Origin: Malacoraja senta
Lineage: Eukaryota
Assembly (NCBI GenBank): GCA_038087875.1
Contig: CM075988.1
Location: 15,874,001-15,938,000, forward strand
DNA length: 64,000 nt
Direction: 5' to 3'
Made by a program: the position numbers and the translations under genes. Below the pieces are notes generated by a model that saw only the letters and a program-made list of their open reading frames with translations, was not told the DNA's origin and did no database searches. Within the stretch, counting starts at the first letter, position 1. The number at the start of each line of letters is the position of its first letter. Of this stretch, positions 63,392 to 64,000 are shown in pieces.

Positions 63392-63419
63392 CTGAAGAAG
63401 GGTCTTGACCCGAAACGTC
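63392..63419 (+). ncRNA. minimal hammerhead ribozyme motif in a Penelope-derived element
   Basis: CUGAAGA-A-GGGU-cuug-ACCC-GAAA-CG-UC, flanked by AGU/ACU (3-bp stem I). Confidence 0.6.
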
Positions 63420-63579
63420 ACTATTCCTTCTCTCCAGAGATGCTGCCTGTCCCACTGAGTTACTCCAGCAATCTGTGTCTATCTTTGGGGTATAACCAGC
63501 ATCTGCAGCTTCTTCCTACACTTATTAACGTGTACCCTGGCTTGAGGTACAGACTTAAATCTAATTGCTAGCTTTTGGG

Positions 63580-63615
<36 letters not shown>

Positions 63616-64000
63616 ACTTGCAAAAGGATAAGATGTCAAAATCTAAATGAGGGATGTTGATGGGATAATATTTGGATAAGATACACCAGAAATGGGTTTT
63701 AGTGACGTATTTAAGAAGCTTGCATGTGGATTAATGGTCCTTGGGATGGGATACACGCTGAGGTCACAGTGAGAGTAACAGGAAAGATGTGATTGCTCTG
63801 GAATTAGTGCAATCGAGATTTGAGGATGTTGCCAGGACTGGAAAATGTAGCTTTGACAGAAGATTAGATAAACTAGAGTTGTATTCCTTGTACTAGTGGC
63901 AGCTGAATGGTGACTTAATGGGATGTATACAATTATGAGCTGCTTATATTGTGTAAATGGGAAGGATCTATTAATCTATTTCCCAAAGCACAGGGTCCGA

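Noticed and set aside
20447..64000. expected mammalian LAYN neighbours (SIK2, HOATZ, BTG4, miR-34b/c)
   Set aside because: No matching exon or mature miRNA sequence seen; an ILERAC hexapeptide near 53300 (-) is flanked by stops and is coincidental

Overview
Vertebrate genomic DNA, most likely a cartilaginous fish such as a skate or ray (inferred from the repeat families; not proven). The only host gene I can identify is layilin (LAYN, + strand). Five coding exons lie at 4413-20446, covering the C-type lectin domain, stalk, TM helix and talin-binding tail; its signal-peptide exon is upstream of the window. Most of the rest is transposon-derived: two L1, two near full-length CR1 plus fragments, several Rex1/Babar LINEs, a Penelope fragment and many short Penelope-derived palindromic elements, tRNA-type SINEs, an internally deleted PIF/Harbinger transposon and an RTE-X-like tail sitting in a (GA)n tract. 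There are two 200-N gaps and two unassigned promoter-like regions near 57.1 kb and 60 kb. The most striking observation is RNA-level. A 142-bp TSD-flanked retroposon (45337-45478, minus strand) begins with a compact HDV/CPEB3-like self-cleaving ribozyme fold instead of a Pol III promoter. Minimal hammerhead cores also recur in the Penelope-derived elements. Family names come from recalled motifs, not database searches, and the boundaries of degraded repeats are approximate.
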